Below, one piece after another: positions 1-15,309 of a DNA stretch of 64,000 nt. Made by a program: the position numbers and the translations under genes. The first letter of the stretch is position 1; each line of letters opens with the position of its first letter. Source of the stretch: Octopus vulgaris. Lineage: Eukaryota. The notes below the pieces were generated by a model. That model worked only from the letters and a program-made list of their open reading frames with translations. It had not been told where the DNA came from and did no database searches. The stretch lies in NCBI GenBank assembly GCA_951406725.2, contig OX597818.1:7564001-7628000 (forward strand). Direction: 5' to 3'.

Positions 1-470
1 TCTTCCGGGTGGTCTTTTCCGCTCACGCGGGTACCACTCGACAACTGCGTGCGTTCACCGATTATCGGTGAGCCGGGCGACGTGTCCAGCCCATCTATAC
101 TTGCTGCGAGTATACTCTGCGATGACATCTCTCACACCGGACTTCTTTCTGATGATCTTGCTACTTATGTGCTCTCTCAACGAGATACCAAGCATTGACC
201 TTTCCATGGCTCTTTGAGCCGTTACCAGTCTTTGCTCTTCTCTCTTTGTGGTAGCCCATGTTTCACTACCATATAACATTGCAGGCAGAACTGCACTGTT
301 AATGAGGTTGGCGCGGGTGGTCCTGTCCAACCTTCCCTTGAGCACATCCCTTATGCCATTGAACGCCTTCCAACGGCCCTTACTCTCCGTGAGATCTCCT
401 TTTTGATATCCCGGCAAATATTTACTTCCTGTCCCAAGTAGACATATTCTCTCACCTCCTCTATATACAT
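1..470 (-). mobile_element. RTE-clade LINE, reverse transcriptase C-terminal region (frameshifted, 5'-truncated; continues left of window)
   Basis: Minus frames give IEEVREYVYLGQEV, then RWKAFNGIRDVL..VLPAMLYGSETW..AQRAMERSMLGISL..KYRWAGHVARLTDNR*..EWYPRERKRPPGR, typical RTE motifs. Positions 1-65 nearly match 52354-52418. Confidence 0.9.
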
Positions 471-599
471 CTGCATATACATATATGACCAGGATGGCTG
501 GAGGCGAAATTCTTGAAAAAAAACAATTAAGTGGCATGTCCAAGGTATATAAAAATACACACCTACCGCTCAATTACCTACTCATAATTATCGCAGCAT

Positions 600-1423
600 T
601 TGCAAGTTTGCAAGGCATTTAAAATTTGCTTATATTTGGTTAATTTACAGTGCATACAAAAATACGGTCATACTAAATACATACAACTCCTTACAAAAAT
701 AGAGATTAACGTATATTTTTTTTAACGTTCATAATATGCCACCAAAGAATAAACGCAATCTTTCCAGAAACACGTATCAAGCAAGGAAGATTGCGGAAAA
801 CCGAAGACGAGAGTCTCAAGAGATAAGGGAGATCAGACTTTCTCAACATCAGGAAAGGCATGCTCCAGCACGTTAAATGAAGTCTCAATAGCTAAGGAAT
901 ATGACACTTTCTGAAGATCAACAAAGGCATGTTACAGCACGTCAAATAGAGCCTCAGGAGAGAAGGAGGGGATGAGACTTTCTCAAGGTCAGAAAAGGCA
1001 CGCTGCAGCACGTCTGAAGGAGTTTCAAGAAAGATGGGATATAAGACTTTCTCAAAATCAGCAAAGGCAGGCTGCAGCACATCAGATGCAGTCTCAAAAT
1101 AGGAGGGAGATGAAACTTTCCAAAGTTCAGCAAAGGCATGCTGCAGCTCTTAATGCTGAATCATTAAATCAACGTTTAGCATGCCAGATTACACAGAGAT
1201 CCAACAGAATAGCTCTCAGAAACACACCACATACACATTCGTTCTTCACAACTCCTGGAGCTGCTTTCAGATACCATCCATTCCATTCTTATAAAAATTA
1301 TAATTCTTCCCAGTTAGTGTGCTAAATTCAACTTGTTGTTTCTGCAAAGCTTTAAAATTTATTTCACAAATGTTTTGTCGTCATACTGCCCTTTCTCGTA
1401 TCACCTGTTTCAACGTAACTGTA

Positions 1424-1476
<53 letters not shown>

Positions 1477-1536
1477 TATATATATATACACACTATACCA
1501 TTTTAAATCCCGAGCAACCCCGGGTATCTCTCCTAG
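600..1536 (+). mobile_element. Internally deleted Helitron (N-terminal Rep fragment plus 3' terminus)
   Basis: MPPKNKRNLSRN.. start, 23-aa ESxExRxxRL repeats, then AFRYHP..Y..LNSTCCFCKALKF. 3' hairpin cccgagcaaccccggg (1509-1524) followed by CTAG|T (1533-1536). Homologous to 34930-36010. Confidence 0.85.
810..1160 (+). repeat. ~69-bp coding tandem repeat (~5 units, 23 aa, STPR-like) within the Helitron
   Basis: Units begin agactttctca/acactttctga/aaactttcca at ~836, 904, 975, 1044, 1113; e.g. RLSQGQKRHAAARLKEFQERWDI. Confidence 0.8.
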
Positions 1537-1564
1537 TATATATATATGTATGTATATATATATA

Positions 1565-2500
1565 TAACGGGAAGCTTTATGAAAATAAACAAAAGACGAA
1601 GGCAGGTGGAAAACAAACGAACAATTGTATTAGTATGGCGCTCAGGAAATATAAATAAAACAAGTCTTTAACGTTTCGAGCCTACGCTCTTCAACAGAAA
1701 GATACACAGAGAGAGAAAAACACAGAAAGAAAGAGAGAAAAAATGCGTGCAGTAGCTAACGAATCAACATGGCGATCTGATTTCGGCCAGAGGTCAAAGA
1801 TCAAACATGAGACGCGAGAGCGAAATAAGGGGAGATAATAGGGTTGATAAAAGGGTTGAGGGACCAGCTAAAAGTGCGTGGGAGGGGTCTGGATGTGTGT
1901 ATGTATAGGGTTGGTGTATGTATTAGTATGTATAAGGGTGTGTGTGTGTGTGTGTATGAGAGAGTATTAGTGCGTAAGATTGGTCTGGACGTGCGTATGT
2001 ATGGGGTTGGTGTATGTATTAGTATGTATTAGTATGTATTAGTACGTATTGGTATGTATAGGTGTGTGTGTGTGTGTGTGTGAGAGAGTATAAGTGCGTA
2101 TGCGGGGTCTGGACGTGTGTATGTATAGGGTTGGTGTAAGTATTAGTATGTACTGGTATGTATTAGTACGTATTAGTATGTATTAGTTGGTGTGTGTATT
2201 AGTATGGCACATCATATGTGATGTGATGTGTAAAGTCATGTGGTGTAGTGAGGAGAAGAGGGGGAGGGGGAGCAGAGGGGGAGAGAAGGCGAGGGGAAGA
2301 AGAGGGGGAGGAGAAGGGGGAAGAGGAGAGGATGGGGGAGAAGGAAGGGGAGGAGGGGGATGAAGGAGGAAAGAGGGAGAGAGGGAGTGAGGGAGCAGAG
2401 GGAAGGGGAAGAGGGAGGGAGAAAGAGGGAAGAAGGGAAGGGGAGTAGGGATACTAGGAGAGATACAGAAAGAGAGAAAAAGAGAGAGAGAGAGAGAGAG
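1565..2500 (-). mobile_element. Probable Penelope-like element 3' UTR/pLTR with GA-rich tract and GT/TATTAG minisatellite
   Basis: Hammerhead-like motif at 1665-1702 on the minus strand, ~100-bp repeated units (ggtctggatgtgtgtatgtatagggttggtg) at 1885-2200, polypurine tract at 2250-2502. Confidence 0.55.
1665..1702 (-). ncRNA. Minimal type I hammerhead ribozyme-like motif (core variant CUGUUGA)
   Basis: Minus strand: TCTTT-CTGTTGA-A-GAGC gtag GCTC-GAAACGTT-AAAGA. Stem I TCTTT/AAAGA, 4-bp stem II, palindromic ACGT stem III. Confidence 0.6.
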
Positions 2501-5074
2501 AGATTTTTTACTTACACCAATGTGCCCCTATAAGCAAAGACAATGTGCTAGCAGTTTGTGGCTACCTGATATATTCTAAAAGTTTTGAATAAATTTATCA
2601 TCAAAATGTTTTGCGTCAGATTTAAAACTGTCTTATCTGCAACATACACAGAGGAAGAAGTTGGCTATTAGACGCAAACTCGTCTCAGTATCTTTCTGAT
2701 TAGAAAATCAACATTTACTCTTGTTCAAATTCTGCTTTTCCTTTGATCGAAATCACTCTAGTATTGTATAAATACATGTAACACAGACAAATGTAAAAAC
2801 TGCTCTAATAAATATCAATAAATTATTGAATGTATCAATAATATCTATCTTATTTAATATCCTTTAGTAATCACTGTCAACAGTGATTTCAATGTTAACT
2901 CTCGATCTGTTTACTAATCTCGCTGCTGATGATAAAGAAAAGTCATTTATCACCGTGAATTTTGTGTATCAGTTATTATCATGAGTTACACGTATTTATC
3001 TGATCGAAACTTAAATACGCCACACGATTCATGATTTTGGATTTTATTTACCAACACTTTCTCTCGTGCAATAATTACAAGTTTGTTAACAAATGTAAAT
3101 TGGTACGTTCCATGCAGTCATGTCAGACAAATGGGTCAACTATGGCTAGCGGCTGAACCTGTAAATGTCAAGAGTAAGTCTCACAATAAACTTCTGCTAC
3201 CACGGCTGTACCGCTGCTGCTATACACATAGACACGCTAATCCGTTTCCGAAAGAAGGCCATTTCATTGACAGTTATCAAGTCACCAACACATTTTTAAA
3301 GCACAGACATTCTGTTGGATATATCTACCTACATTATCATATTACTGTCGTCTCTGATCAACTGAATTAACTAGAAATTTACTTCCTCCCTACGCATGAT
3401 CCCCCGTTTCATCGTCTATTCTGTATCTGACACTTTCCCCAATAAGCAAAACTTTTACGCCTGAACGCCACTTCCCAGCAGTACTTCCATCACACATACA
3501 TATCCTGCATACATAACTAACAAGAAAGTTCACGATAACAATGAATTTTTCACCCATCTAGCAGGATTTAGGAATGTCATTAACACAACCTTGCGTAATA
3601 AAAAAAAACAAGCAATAACGCAATAAAACTTTGAAAATCATCAAGCAGTCATTAACAATGTTAGAGTAAATTATTATAGCTTTGAGCGTGATCATATTGC
3701 AATTACTGTTGCTGGTGTTCATGTGATCTTCATGTTTAACATATATATGATAACAACTCTGGTTATCTTCGTGATGATTATGAAGTTTATGTTGTTGCCC
3801 GTGCTGTTGTTAACTTGTTATATATTTTTAATATTGAAAACTTCATTATCGAATTGATAGATTTGTATTTAAATGGTGTATGTTTTGCATTGAATGATAT
3901 TTAGATGCTATCTCGTAGCTAAAATGACTACAGTAGCTCGATGAATTTGTTCTAGAGACAGTTGGCTTTGGAGTCATTCGTTTGATATTGATGCTAGAGT
4001 CAGTGGTGATAGTGGTGAATGAATTTTATAGACATATGAATTCAGAACAAATACTCATTGCTAACTGTCTCTGTTGTGCCGAAGGGTAACAAAAACTTGC
4101 AATATCGTTAATTTTATTCTGCATCAGAATCTTTTTCAACATGAAATTCTGTTTATGATGAATGAAAATGACAACTGGAAGAACACTTGAAGTGCAACTA
4201 CAACGACGACCCACCTCATTTACAATTACGTTTATTAGATGAATGCCGAGAGTGATTGTAATCGTGACGTCAATGACGACAGCAATAATGATGCATATAA
4301 ATAAAACCGTTAACAACATAGTCTAACTGTTCTTTCACTTTAACTCACACCAAATAGCGTGCTTCCACTGATCAATGAACGAATTGAAAGCATAGGTGTT
4401 TCCATGAATATATAAAGTCTGACTGGACAATTTTAATTTAAGCATACTTGATACATATGATCTTTATAAGTGGTAACATAAGTTTAGAAACAAAAAAGGA
4501 ATGATAAAGTAATACTGAAAGAACGATTCTATGAGGTTAAATCTGTAGCTGAAGCGGTTAAGGTGACTTCGAAAAAGCGTTTCAGTAAGGAGATTAGCCC
4601 TGTCAAACGGGAAATGTGCCTAAAGCTGACAGGGGGATAACAACCGTTAATTCCAGCTTGATATGTCATTAATTCAAAGACTGTCCTAGTCAAGATGCTT
4701 TACTGACAGATACTGACAAGCTAAGCCTATGCTTAGCTTTTCTGTAAATTTAGGTTCGGCGTTCCACTTTCAACAACTACTACGGCCAATGAAAGCACAA
4801 ATGCTTAAGCACACATGCATACAAACACTTACATAAGAATATTAATACATACACAAATGAAAACAAAAATATTAGTTCAGCCTTACTGATATTGTATATA
4901 GAAAGTGATTCACTGAGAATTTCAATATTCTACATAGCTTTCAATAGTGCTGATATAACTTTTAATATAATTTCCTTGTTATCATTATTTTTTGCATTGT
5001 TCCTATTATTATAGTGAATACACTTTAAGAGTTTATAGGCATAATTTATAAAATTATACACAGGTAAATGTTAT

Positions 5075-5270
5075 TAATGACCACCACCACCACCACCACC
5101 ACCAGCACAACCATCACCACCACCATCATAATTTTTTCTTCTTCTTCTACTTCTTTCTCTTCTCCTTTTTTCTTTTTCTCCTCTTTCTCCCCCTCCTCCT
5201 CCTCCTCCTCCTCCTCCTCCTCCGATTCCTCATCCTCAACATTATGATAATCATCATCATCATCATCATT
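5075..5270. repeat. Compound (CAC)n/(CTT)n/(CCT)n/(CAT)n microsatellite
   Basis: Direct inspection. Confidence 0.9.
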
Positions 5271-6559
5271 GAGAAACACCATGATTCGTGGATGGGATTG
5301 AACCTATTGTTTCTGCAGTTACGTGTCACCACATTCTTTATATCTCAAGATCATTTCTACTTCATTTTCTGCAATATGTTTGTTTAAAGAAATCGCAAGG
5401 TCGTTTACGCTACAAATTTTTTAAAGTCATGTATTATATCAGGTCTATGTTGTTCAGGTGTCCTGTCTATATGGATATTTCTAAGAGAAATTTATGTTTC
5501 CCAAGTTCATTTAGAGAGTTTCTAGTAGTGCATTATACCATATCCTAAATATGATTTTATATATAATTTTGTAATGATTGACCAGAATTAATTAAGACAG
5601 ATGTTATGACAATGCTGGTACTCTTTCTAAATGACCATTTTGCATCCTACTACAATACTATTTCCTTCTCGGTCATTAAATATATAATACCGTTACTCAA
5701 TGAACACTCATTTTCTATATTTACATCAACACTCTATTGACACACGCACGGATCTGCTTCTCATTGGCCATATTGTTGGTGGCTCTTTGGAGTATTCCAT
5801 GAAGCTGCAATTTTTCTAATGCGTCATTTCACAGGTTATCCTGTATAGTTTGCTGTTATCTCCGGGTGGTGATGCAGCATGTCTAAAATGGTCCTCACTC
5901 TTTGCAAGACGATAGCTTAATAAAATCTGTTTTCTATTCTGTCTGTCTGAAATATTATAAATTCTCCTGTTTCGTCCTGAAATAAAGTGATCTTTACGAC
6001 ATTCCAATTTGCCACTTCCTTGGCAATAACAAGGATAGTAGAAGAGGTAATATTAGGAAAAATAGTAATAATAATAGTAGAGTTGTAGTGGTAAGTATAC
6101 TAATAATAATTATTATTATACCAAGAGTAATAGTAGTATTGATAAAAAAATTGATGTAGATATATTAGACCAAGTAGGGGGGGGGGGATCAGTTGTTTAT
6201 TTTGAACTTACTTTATTGCGTTGACTTTGCAGGGAACGTGAAACAGATTTCCCATGTTAGTGAGTGTATACTGTAATGAGGTTTCAAATAAACATTCAAA
6301 AGGTAGGATCGTCGGTGACTAAACCGGCAAAAACAAGCATGTATGGTGTGGAGGGTTGTAGCTGAATACCATGCAGGAAAAAAAATAAAACCTGAGAAAG
6401 GGCGGACGAACCCTTGTGAGTCAACAGTCATCCAACAGAATGTGTATGAGGGTAGGTGAACATTGGTTGGGAACACACCTAGCGATGGCATCACGACAAA
6501 AACACTGGTGAGTGCACAACCTTTTAGATTCTACCTCAGAATGAGTGATATATTGTAGT

Positions 6560-7620
6560 AATAATAATAACTGCGTCAACGGGACCGGAACTGCTAACAG
6601 GGTTGGTGTCGTGGACTGCAGGCGAGAAATGTCAGATCAACCTCCGGCAAGTCGTCAGCAAGCTATTGATCAGAATAGAAGTCAAAAGTTCAGTGGTAGA
6701 AAAATGAAATAGGGAAAACAAAGTAAACAAAATTGCAATAGGTAGTTGGCTGCGAACTGAGCCAACAAAAAAAAAGGAGGCTTCATGAAAGGAATGAAGA
6801 AGATATGCTTCCAGCTAACGAATGATAGACCAGGCATGGGAGCATTACTTATAAATGATTAGAGGTTCAAGAAATTCAGAGAAGAATAAAAAAAATACAT
6901 GAACTGGAAGTGTGTGAAACAGCAATAGCAGGACGTGGTAATAAATGGGTAAAATATGAAGAAAAATGTAAAAAAGCATTTTCCTGTGTGCATAAGAATG
7001 CTGATGGAGTAAATAGTGAAGGTGATTTAGTAGGAAAAGTGATAGTAAAAGTTGCACAAAACTTGAACGATGAAGAGAAGAACAACGAACTGCTGCGAGG
7101 TAAAATGTGTGGTGTGAGCATTGAAGTGCGAGCAAATGTATATCGATAAAGGAGAGCAACTTGCAAAGTAAAAGGCATCTTGAGTTTGGTGAAAACAAAG
7201 AACATTAGTGAAACAAACCAGCTAATTTTAGCTGCTGTTAATATTGTAACTGACAATAGGATACAAGCGGAAGACTATTGAAAATAAAGGGTGGGAAAAG
7301 AAAGAACGAATCAAGTTAGAAAAGACACGGAGAAAAAACTGGGGCAATTACATAGGACAAATAGAGAAACACTCAAGAATATGGTAGTAACCAGAAAACT
7401 GAATGGACAGTAAAGGTTAGAAAAAAAAAACACGAATTGTCAGAAAGGGTGATGGCGTTAAAAAAGGACAAACTCAAAAGATGCAAAACATTTAAACAAA
7501 ACAGAGTATTTCAATCAAACAGAAGGCGTCTTTTTGAGGAAGTACAGGAGGAACAACATCAGGGATTGATACCTGATACGGAAGAAAGTAAAACAGTTTA
7601 GGGAAAAATTCGGAACAGGT
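6560..7620 (+). mobile_element. R4/Dong-type non-LTR retrotransposon, degenerate N-terminal ORF fragment
   Basis: Starts after (TAA)n. Broken frames resemble the N-terminal region of Dong/R4 ORFs (VNKIAI..WLRTEPTK..GFMKGMKKI; ETNQLILAAVNIV; QNRVFQSNRRRLFEEV..IPDTEESK). Confidence 0.65.
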
Positions 7621-7719
7621 CATTCACTTCACACCAGGACACATATGGAGACACGTATCCACACGTGGAGATGCACATCCATACATACAAACACGGTACA
7701 TAGTTGCACTAATCATAAA

Positions 7720-8575
7720 ATCACATAGGATCTTTGCATTTTTATTTTCGATGATGCCTTCAGGTTTGTGGTCGCACCAATCTTTTGCTCTGTCAAATCC
7801 ATACTCGTTGCAAAGTGTCCAATGGACAAGCCTGGCTATATTGTGGTGGCGTCTCTTATATTCCTTCCGGGCTAGTGGTGTACATTGTCTGGTAATATGC
7901 CATACGGTTTCACCATTTTGTCTACATATTCTGCACTTATTACTTTCTTATACGTTGTCTACTCTGTATTTTACGTAGTTTGTTCTTTGTGCTTGCTCTT
8001 GGGCAGCAGAGATTAGAGCTCCGTTTCCGCTTTTAAATCACTTTTAGTCATCCAGCAGCGATCTTTTTTCCTCTCTCCGTCTTATCTTCAATATCCTTAC
8101 GAAATTGACCGTGCATTCTATTCTTTACCAACCTATTTTCAGTTTCATTCGTTTTCAATGTCATGTACAGTGCTTTATCTGTGCAATCATTCATCCTACA
8201 CAAGCCTGACTTCTTTACTTCTAATAATAGAGGTTCTGTGGGATTTTTTACATACCATGCTATGTTGTTTTCTTCTGCTCTTCTAGCATCTTCTTCTGCT
8301 GTGCTCTTCCCGCATTTTCTTCTGTTGTGCTCGCATCCTATAAGTCCTCTCTCCTCTTTCTCTTGGTACATACAGTCTGTCAGTGTCACTTTCTGGGTGG
8401 AGTGTCCCATATCTAGTTAGCAACTTCCTTGTCTTTCTGTCTAAGATGTTTAGTTCGTCTACTGTCCATGCGATTACCCCTGCTCCATATCTAAGGAGTG
8501 ATACTGCCCAGGTGTTGATAAATTCGATATTATTCCGTCCGTTTGATTTCCACTTAAGAATCAGTTCGTGTTTGC
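7720..8575 (-). mobile_element. R4/Dong-type LINE fragment: RT C-terminus plus CCHC zinc knuckle
   Basis: INTWAVSLLRYGAGVIAW..LDRKTRKLL..LHPESDTDRLYVPRERG; MHGQF; AAQEQA; CRICRQNGETVWHITRQC; RRHHNIARLVHW. Confidence 0.9.
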
Positions 8576-8599
8576 CTTTCATCTTTACGGGGTTGATGA

Positions 8600-8682
8600 A
8601 TTAACACCAGTGAAATAGAGGGGTCGATGTAACCGACTAATCCCCTCCGCCTAATTTGAGGACTTGTGCCTCCAATTGAAAG
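8600..8682 (+). mobile_element. 3' fragment of a tRNA-derived SINE
   Basis: ggggtcgatgtaaccgactaatcccc...cttgtgcctccaattgaaagg resembles the tails of the copies at 18513 and 62278. Confidence 0.6.
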
Positions 8683-8719
8683 GATTATCATTTTTATTAT
8701 TTTCCGATTGATTTGTATT

Positions 8720-10650
8720 TTCTTTCATATCTAACAGGGTCTTAATTAGAGGCCTAATGAACGTATATTTTAGATGGAGAAAAACTTCATGAGAATGCGG
8801 GCGGTTGATGACAACACAAGTTTTTGAGTGTTGGTCTCCCTGGGATGAAGTAAAAAAATTGTCACTACCTTTTTTCATCATTCCGAGGATACCTACAACA
8901 ACAGGGAAGGTTTTGGTTTTTAATTGCCACACCCTAGATATCTATTAGTAGGCAGAACCATACTAGTTAACAGGCATGTTTTTTGTCCTAGGTCATTGTT
9001 GACGATGCTTTGCTCGTTGTTTTTTTAAATCGTTTCGGCTTTCAAACCAACACTTCCTAGTTGAGTTTTACCCTTTACATCAGCTTCTCCAGCTCGTTTT
9101 GGGTATTGGCCATGCAATGGTTTTTCTTGCCTCAGTATCGATATGTCCTTCAAGCTTTCCTGTTTGGCTTTTGCTTTACACATGTTTTCTACCTTAGTGG
9201 GTGTTGTGTCCTACTTATCATCATCATAATCAGATATATATGTGCCTCATTTGAGATTCAGTGCAATTTCTTACTCCGTTTCTGTTTCTTTACCACCTGT
9301 ATTATCTAGTCGGTGTTACTGTGGATGTACACTTGGAGTCCTATCGTGGTCGTTATATAGGATGTTTCAATTTGGATTAGGTCTCTGCTGCATTGTTTCC
9401 GTAGACGTTTTATTTTCGGTGGTGCATTCTGTTTAGTGCCAACAGTTATGCCTATACGCTGGAGATCATCAATATACCAATTGATGACATAAAGGCTACA
9501 CTGAACAACTGGTACCGCCAGGGAGTTTAGAGCTGCAATTTTATTCTGGGAGTTCTGCTCAAATTCCTCAGCCATACTGAGACGTTTATAATACTCTTTC
9601 CTGATCTTCTCTTTCATCGATCGGTGTTGAATACCTTCTCCTTCATATATGCCAAGGCACGCATAAGAGCCTTCTTGGTCCAGGTTCTTGATAGTTGTAT
9701 CACGATCAACTCGGGTCGTGGTATTAGCTGTCACTTTACCACGTTTGAATGAAGCTTTTGCACGCTTGTCAAGGCCAAATTCCATATTGATGTCATCACT
9801 GAATATTTTCAGAGTTACTAGTAGCGCTTTCAGATCCTTGTCACTTTTTGCATATAATTTTAGATCATTCATGTTGAGCAAGTATGAGATGATCTTGTCA
9901 AATATTTTGTAACCGTAATTTGTTCTGTTTATCTCAAGGATAAGGAAATAAAGGACAGACAGAAGAGGAGAATGAATCTCGCTGGATTATTTCACTATCT
10001 ATATTGATCTTCCCTGACACATACGAGCCTTTTTCATGGTTAAGAAACAATTTTGTATTCCACAGTCACCTAAATGTGTTGTAGAGAGACTTTTACAAAA
10101 GGAGAGGTCTTGTACAACTTAAGAGCCTTTAAGATCCGTCTATGAGCACACTTTTGTATTGGGCAGATTCATGGACTTTGAAACCTTTTTCAAGTGATGA
10201 TTACGGAATCTGCAACAGAAAATGGCACGATAAGATTTCCAATGTCAAAATCGACATTTTTCTATTGTATGGACGTTGTAAGCACTCTTTGAATTGCTTA
10301 TGTAATTGTGATATTTTCAATATGTCGATTATGAGTAAGTCTTTTGTTTGGATTATATATTTTTAAGTATCTTTTCCCATACTGCCCATATTTTTGTTTA
10401 CTGTGACAATTTTACTATCCAACTCCCCTAAATCTGTAAAGCTCAATCTACAGATATTTATGCATGAATATTATCTGAGATTCTTCGACGGACATATTGA
10501 AATTCCTAAAGTGAGATTTATAGGGTTTTCCAAATTTTTGCCTCGTAATGTTTTTGACAATATATTATTTAGGATACTTTTTGTTAGATTTATAGGGACA
10601 AGATTGAATATGAACAAGAATATGACCGGATATTTTGTAGACTAAGTTTA
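8720..10650 (-). mobile_element. Second, more decayed R4/Dong-type LINE (RT core to endonuclease C-terminus)
   Basis: QRDSFS (QGDSLS-like), GYKIFDKIISYLLNMNDLKLYAK (YMDD-like), FSDDINMEFGLDK, KEKIRKEYYKRL, C-terminal MWQLKTKTFPVVVGILGM. Confidence 0.85.
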
Positions 10651-11909
10651 TTTCTTCGGTTTTCTCTTAGTATTTCACAATGCTAAATAATCTCTACTAT
10701 AGGAGCATCTCATCTATTTCCGATTGTTTTATTTGTATCCCTGTAAAACTTGGCAGGCAGTAAATGTGATTGAAAGTGTGACTGATATAACGCTTGTCTC
10801 TAAAGAAACACCATCAAAAAACATTTATTTCGAGCCTATATTATTATGCAGATATACAATTATATATTGATTTATTAAATATTTTATCCCGTTTCAAAAA
10901 GGAGGTTTTAGACAGATGTTACATTCAGGTAGATTTCGCCACTTCTGAACTACAGCTAAAGTGTTTAATGCATTAGAATTTGTCAGTTTTACTGCCAATC
11001 CCTTTAATGGTGTCAGCTTCGAATATGTCAGCTTCCTTGGAGGTTAAAATCATTAGTATGTACCTAGTCGACTTATATCTTTTCATTCTTTAATATGTAC
11101 TACTCTTGATATACAACAAATTTCGTGTTGCAAATTACCCAATATTTGAAGCAACATTCGCTTATATTTTCCATTCCATTCGAATTAGTGTGTCTCATTA
11201 TGGTCTCATTGAATAGATATACTTAAGGACAAAAAATAAATTGTTTCATGGGAAATGCATGTACTAGGAACTTGAAAATAACTTGATCAGTATAAATATA
11301 TAGTAAGTCATTCAGAGCGATTCAAACGAATTGTTTGTTCTTACGTTGAACGGTTTGTCCACCGAGCCATACTGTCTATCAATACTTCTCGAGCACATTT
11401 TGATATTAAAAGTAACAAAGAAGAATATTTACAAAGAAAATTTTTAAATATTAACGCTCAATCAAAGATACAGTCGCTATGATATCGGTATTTTGTTACA
11501 CTTTTTCTAAATGTGTTTCTAAAATTTGTAAAAATTTATCATTAACGTTTTATTTTTTCTACGTTTTATATTTTTATCTTATCTTGAGATATTTTACTTT
11601 AAAATACGAGCGGAGTAACTAGAAATAAATAAAGAAACGAATCATTATTTTCTTACAGTTTTATATTTTCTTATAGTTTTACATTTCTACTTTTTATTTC
11701 ATTTAAGTTCTTTCTTAAATATTTTCTTTTACACAATTCTAGATTTTAAGGATTTGGAGATCGATAGTGAAACGATCACTATATTTATTTACTCTTGGTG
11801 TCATTTAATTTTTTTCTTCGAATGATAAAACATGAAAGATTAAATATAGAAATACAAATTAATGAAAATTATTGAGATAATATAATAATATCACAGATAA
11901 CATGATATA

Positions 11910-11944
11910 AGAGTATATATACATACATACCTATATACATATAC

Positions 11945-11978
<34 letters not shown>

Positions 11979-12037
11979 TAATATGAATACAAACATATAC
12001 AAATGAAAATACACACACACACACACACACACACACA

Positions 12038-12069
<32 letters not shown>

Positions 12070-12129
12070 TATGCATACATATGTGTGGTGTATGTGTGCG
12101 TATGTGACTGGGTGTGTGTCTTTATATAT

Positions 12130-12162
<33 letters not shown>

Positions 12163-12200
12163 CGCGTATTACATATCATAAGGTATATACATGCCTTGTA
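11910..12200. repeat. (AT)n/(CA)n microsatellite cluster
   Basis: Direct inspection. Confidence 0.9.
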
Positions 12201-12933
12201 ATATTTAATACGCGTATATATAATACATAGATAAAATCGAATAATAAACGAACAAAAACAAGAACTACAAATCAAATGTAATAGTAATAAATGATGGAAA
12301 ACAAGTTGAAATATTCAATAAAATGGAATAAAATATATGAATATAAAATAAAATATAATTATTGAAATAAAAAAAAAACTGTTCAATGACATCGTTGATG
12401 CTGCTACTGCCAATATTGTTTTCTTTCACTTCGATTTGATATAATTTTATTATTTCTAGATAATAGTAACATCAACAACATCAGCAGCCATATTGTACTA
12501 GTAACAATAGCAAGAGTAGCAGTACTAAGAAAAAATGTTAATATTAATAATAATGTCATAGAAACATCTACAACAATAATAAAAATATAATAACAATAAT
12601 AATAAATAACAACAACAATAATAACAATCGAAATAAACTTAACAATTTGCAAGTAAAAAAGGAAGCGTTATCGATATTTCATCTTTCCTTATAACATTCG
12701 CCGAATTCAAATTTGTAAAGAAATAACAACATCAACAATATCAATCATCAATAACAAACAACAATGACAAATAACAAATACCAACACCACAATATTTTTC
12801 ATTGGAGATTTTCCTCATTAATTTTCGGATATTCCTTTCAAGTTTGAAATATTTGACGCAGTCTTAAATCAAATTGCATAAAGTTATATAAATTACTCTT
12901 CTGATCATTATATTTATTGGTATATTATTACTA

Positions 12934-14833
<1,900 letters not shown>

Positions 14834-15309
14834 TATTGTTGTGTTTGGTGTTGTTGCTGTTTATATTATTTGCTTTGCAACTGTCGGATATGGTAGAAGA
14901 CTCTAGGAAGATTTCTGAGATATTGACAGGTTTTCACTAATTTTTTTTTTGACAGGGGTGGGGTTTATTTTACAGAGATCAGCGAATTATCGACACGTCT
15001 ACCTGAAAACCTGAGGTAGACAGATGTGTTTTGAATACCATTTTAAATTGTTTTTAAAAATTTGCGTACGAAGTCATTTTCAACATGGCCTCATTTACTT
15101 GAGACGTGATAATAACCAGAAACAAATGTGTGTGACTGTGACTAAGTTATTTTAAAAGAATACGGTCTATTTAAGTTTGAACACACAAAAATTATTTCCC
15201 AAATGATTATCTATTTATCCAAAATGGCTTTACTCCAAAAATTACACGCTGTACACTGTAGAAGCCTTATAAATCTATTAAAACTAATTGCACCTTTATA
15301 CTCAGTAAT

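Noticed and set aside
2926-2945. CTGATGA-taaa-GAAA-aGTC hammerhead-like string
   Set aside because: No stem I, II or III pairing.
4718-4739. 9-bp hairpin AAGCTAAGC-ctat-GCTTAGCTT followed by Ts (terminator-like)
   Set aside because: Isolated hairpin in eukaryotic DNA with no supporting context.
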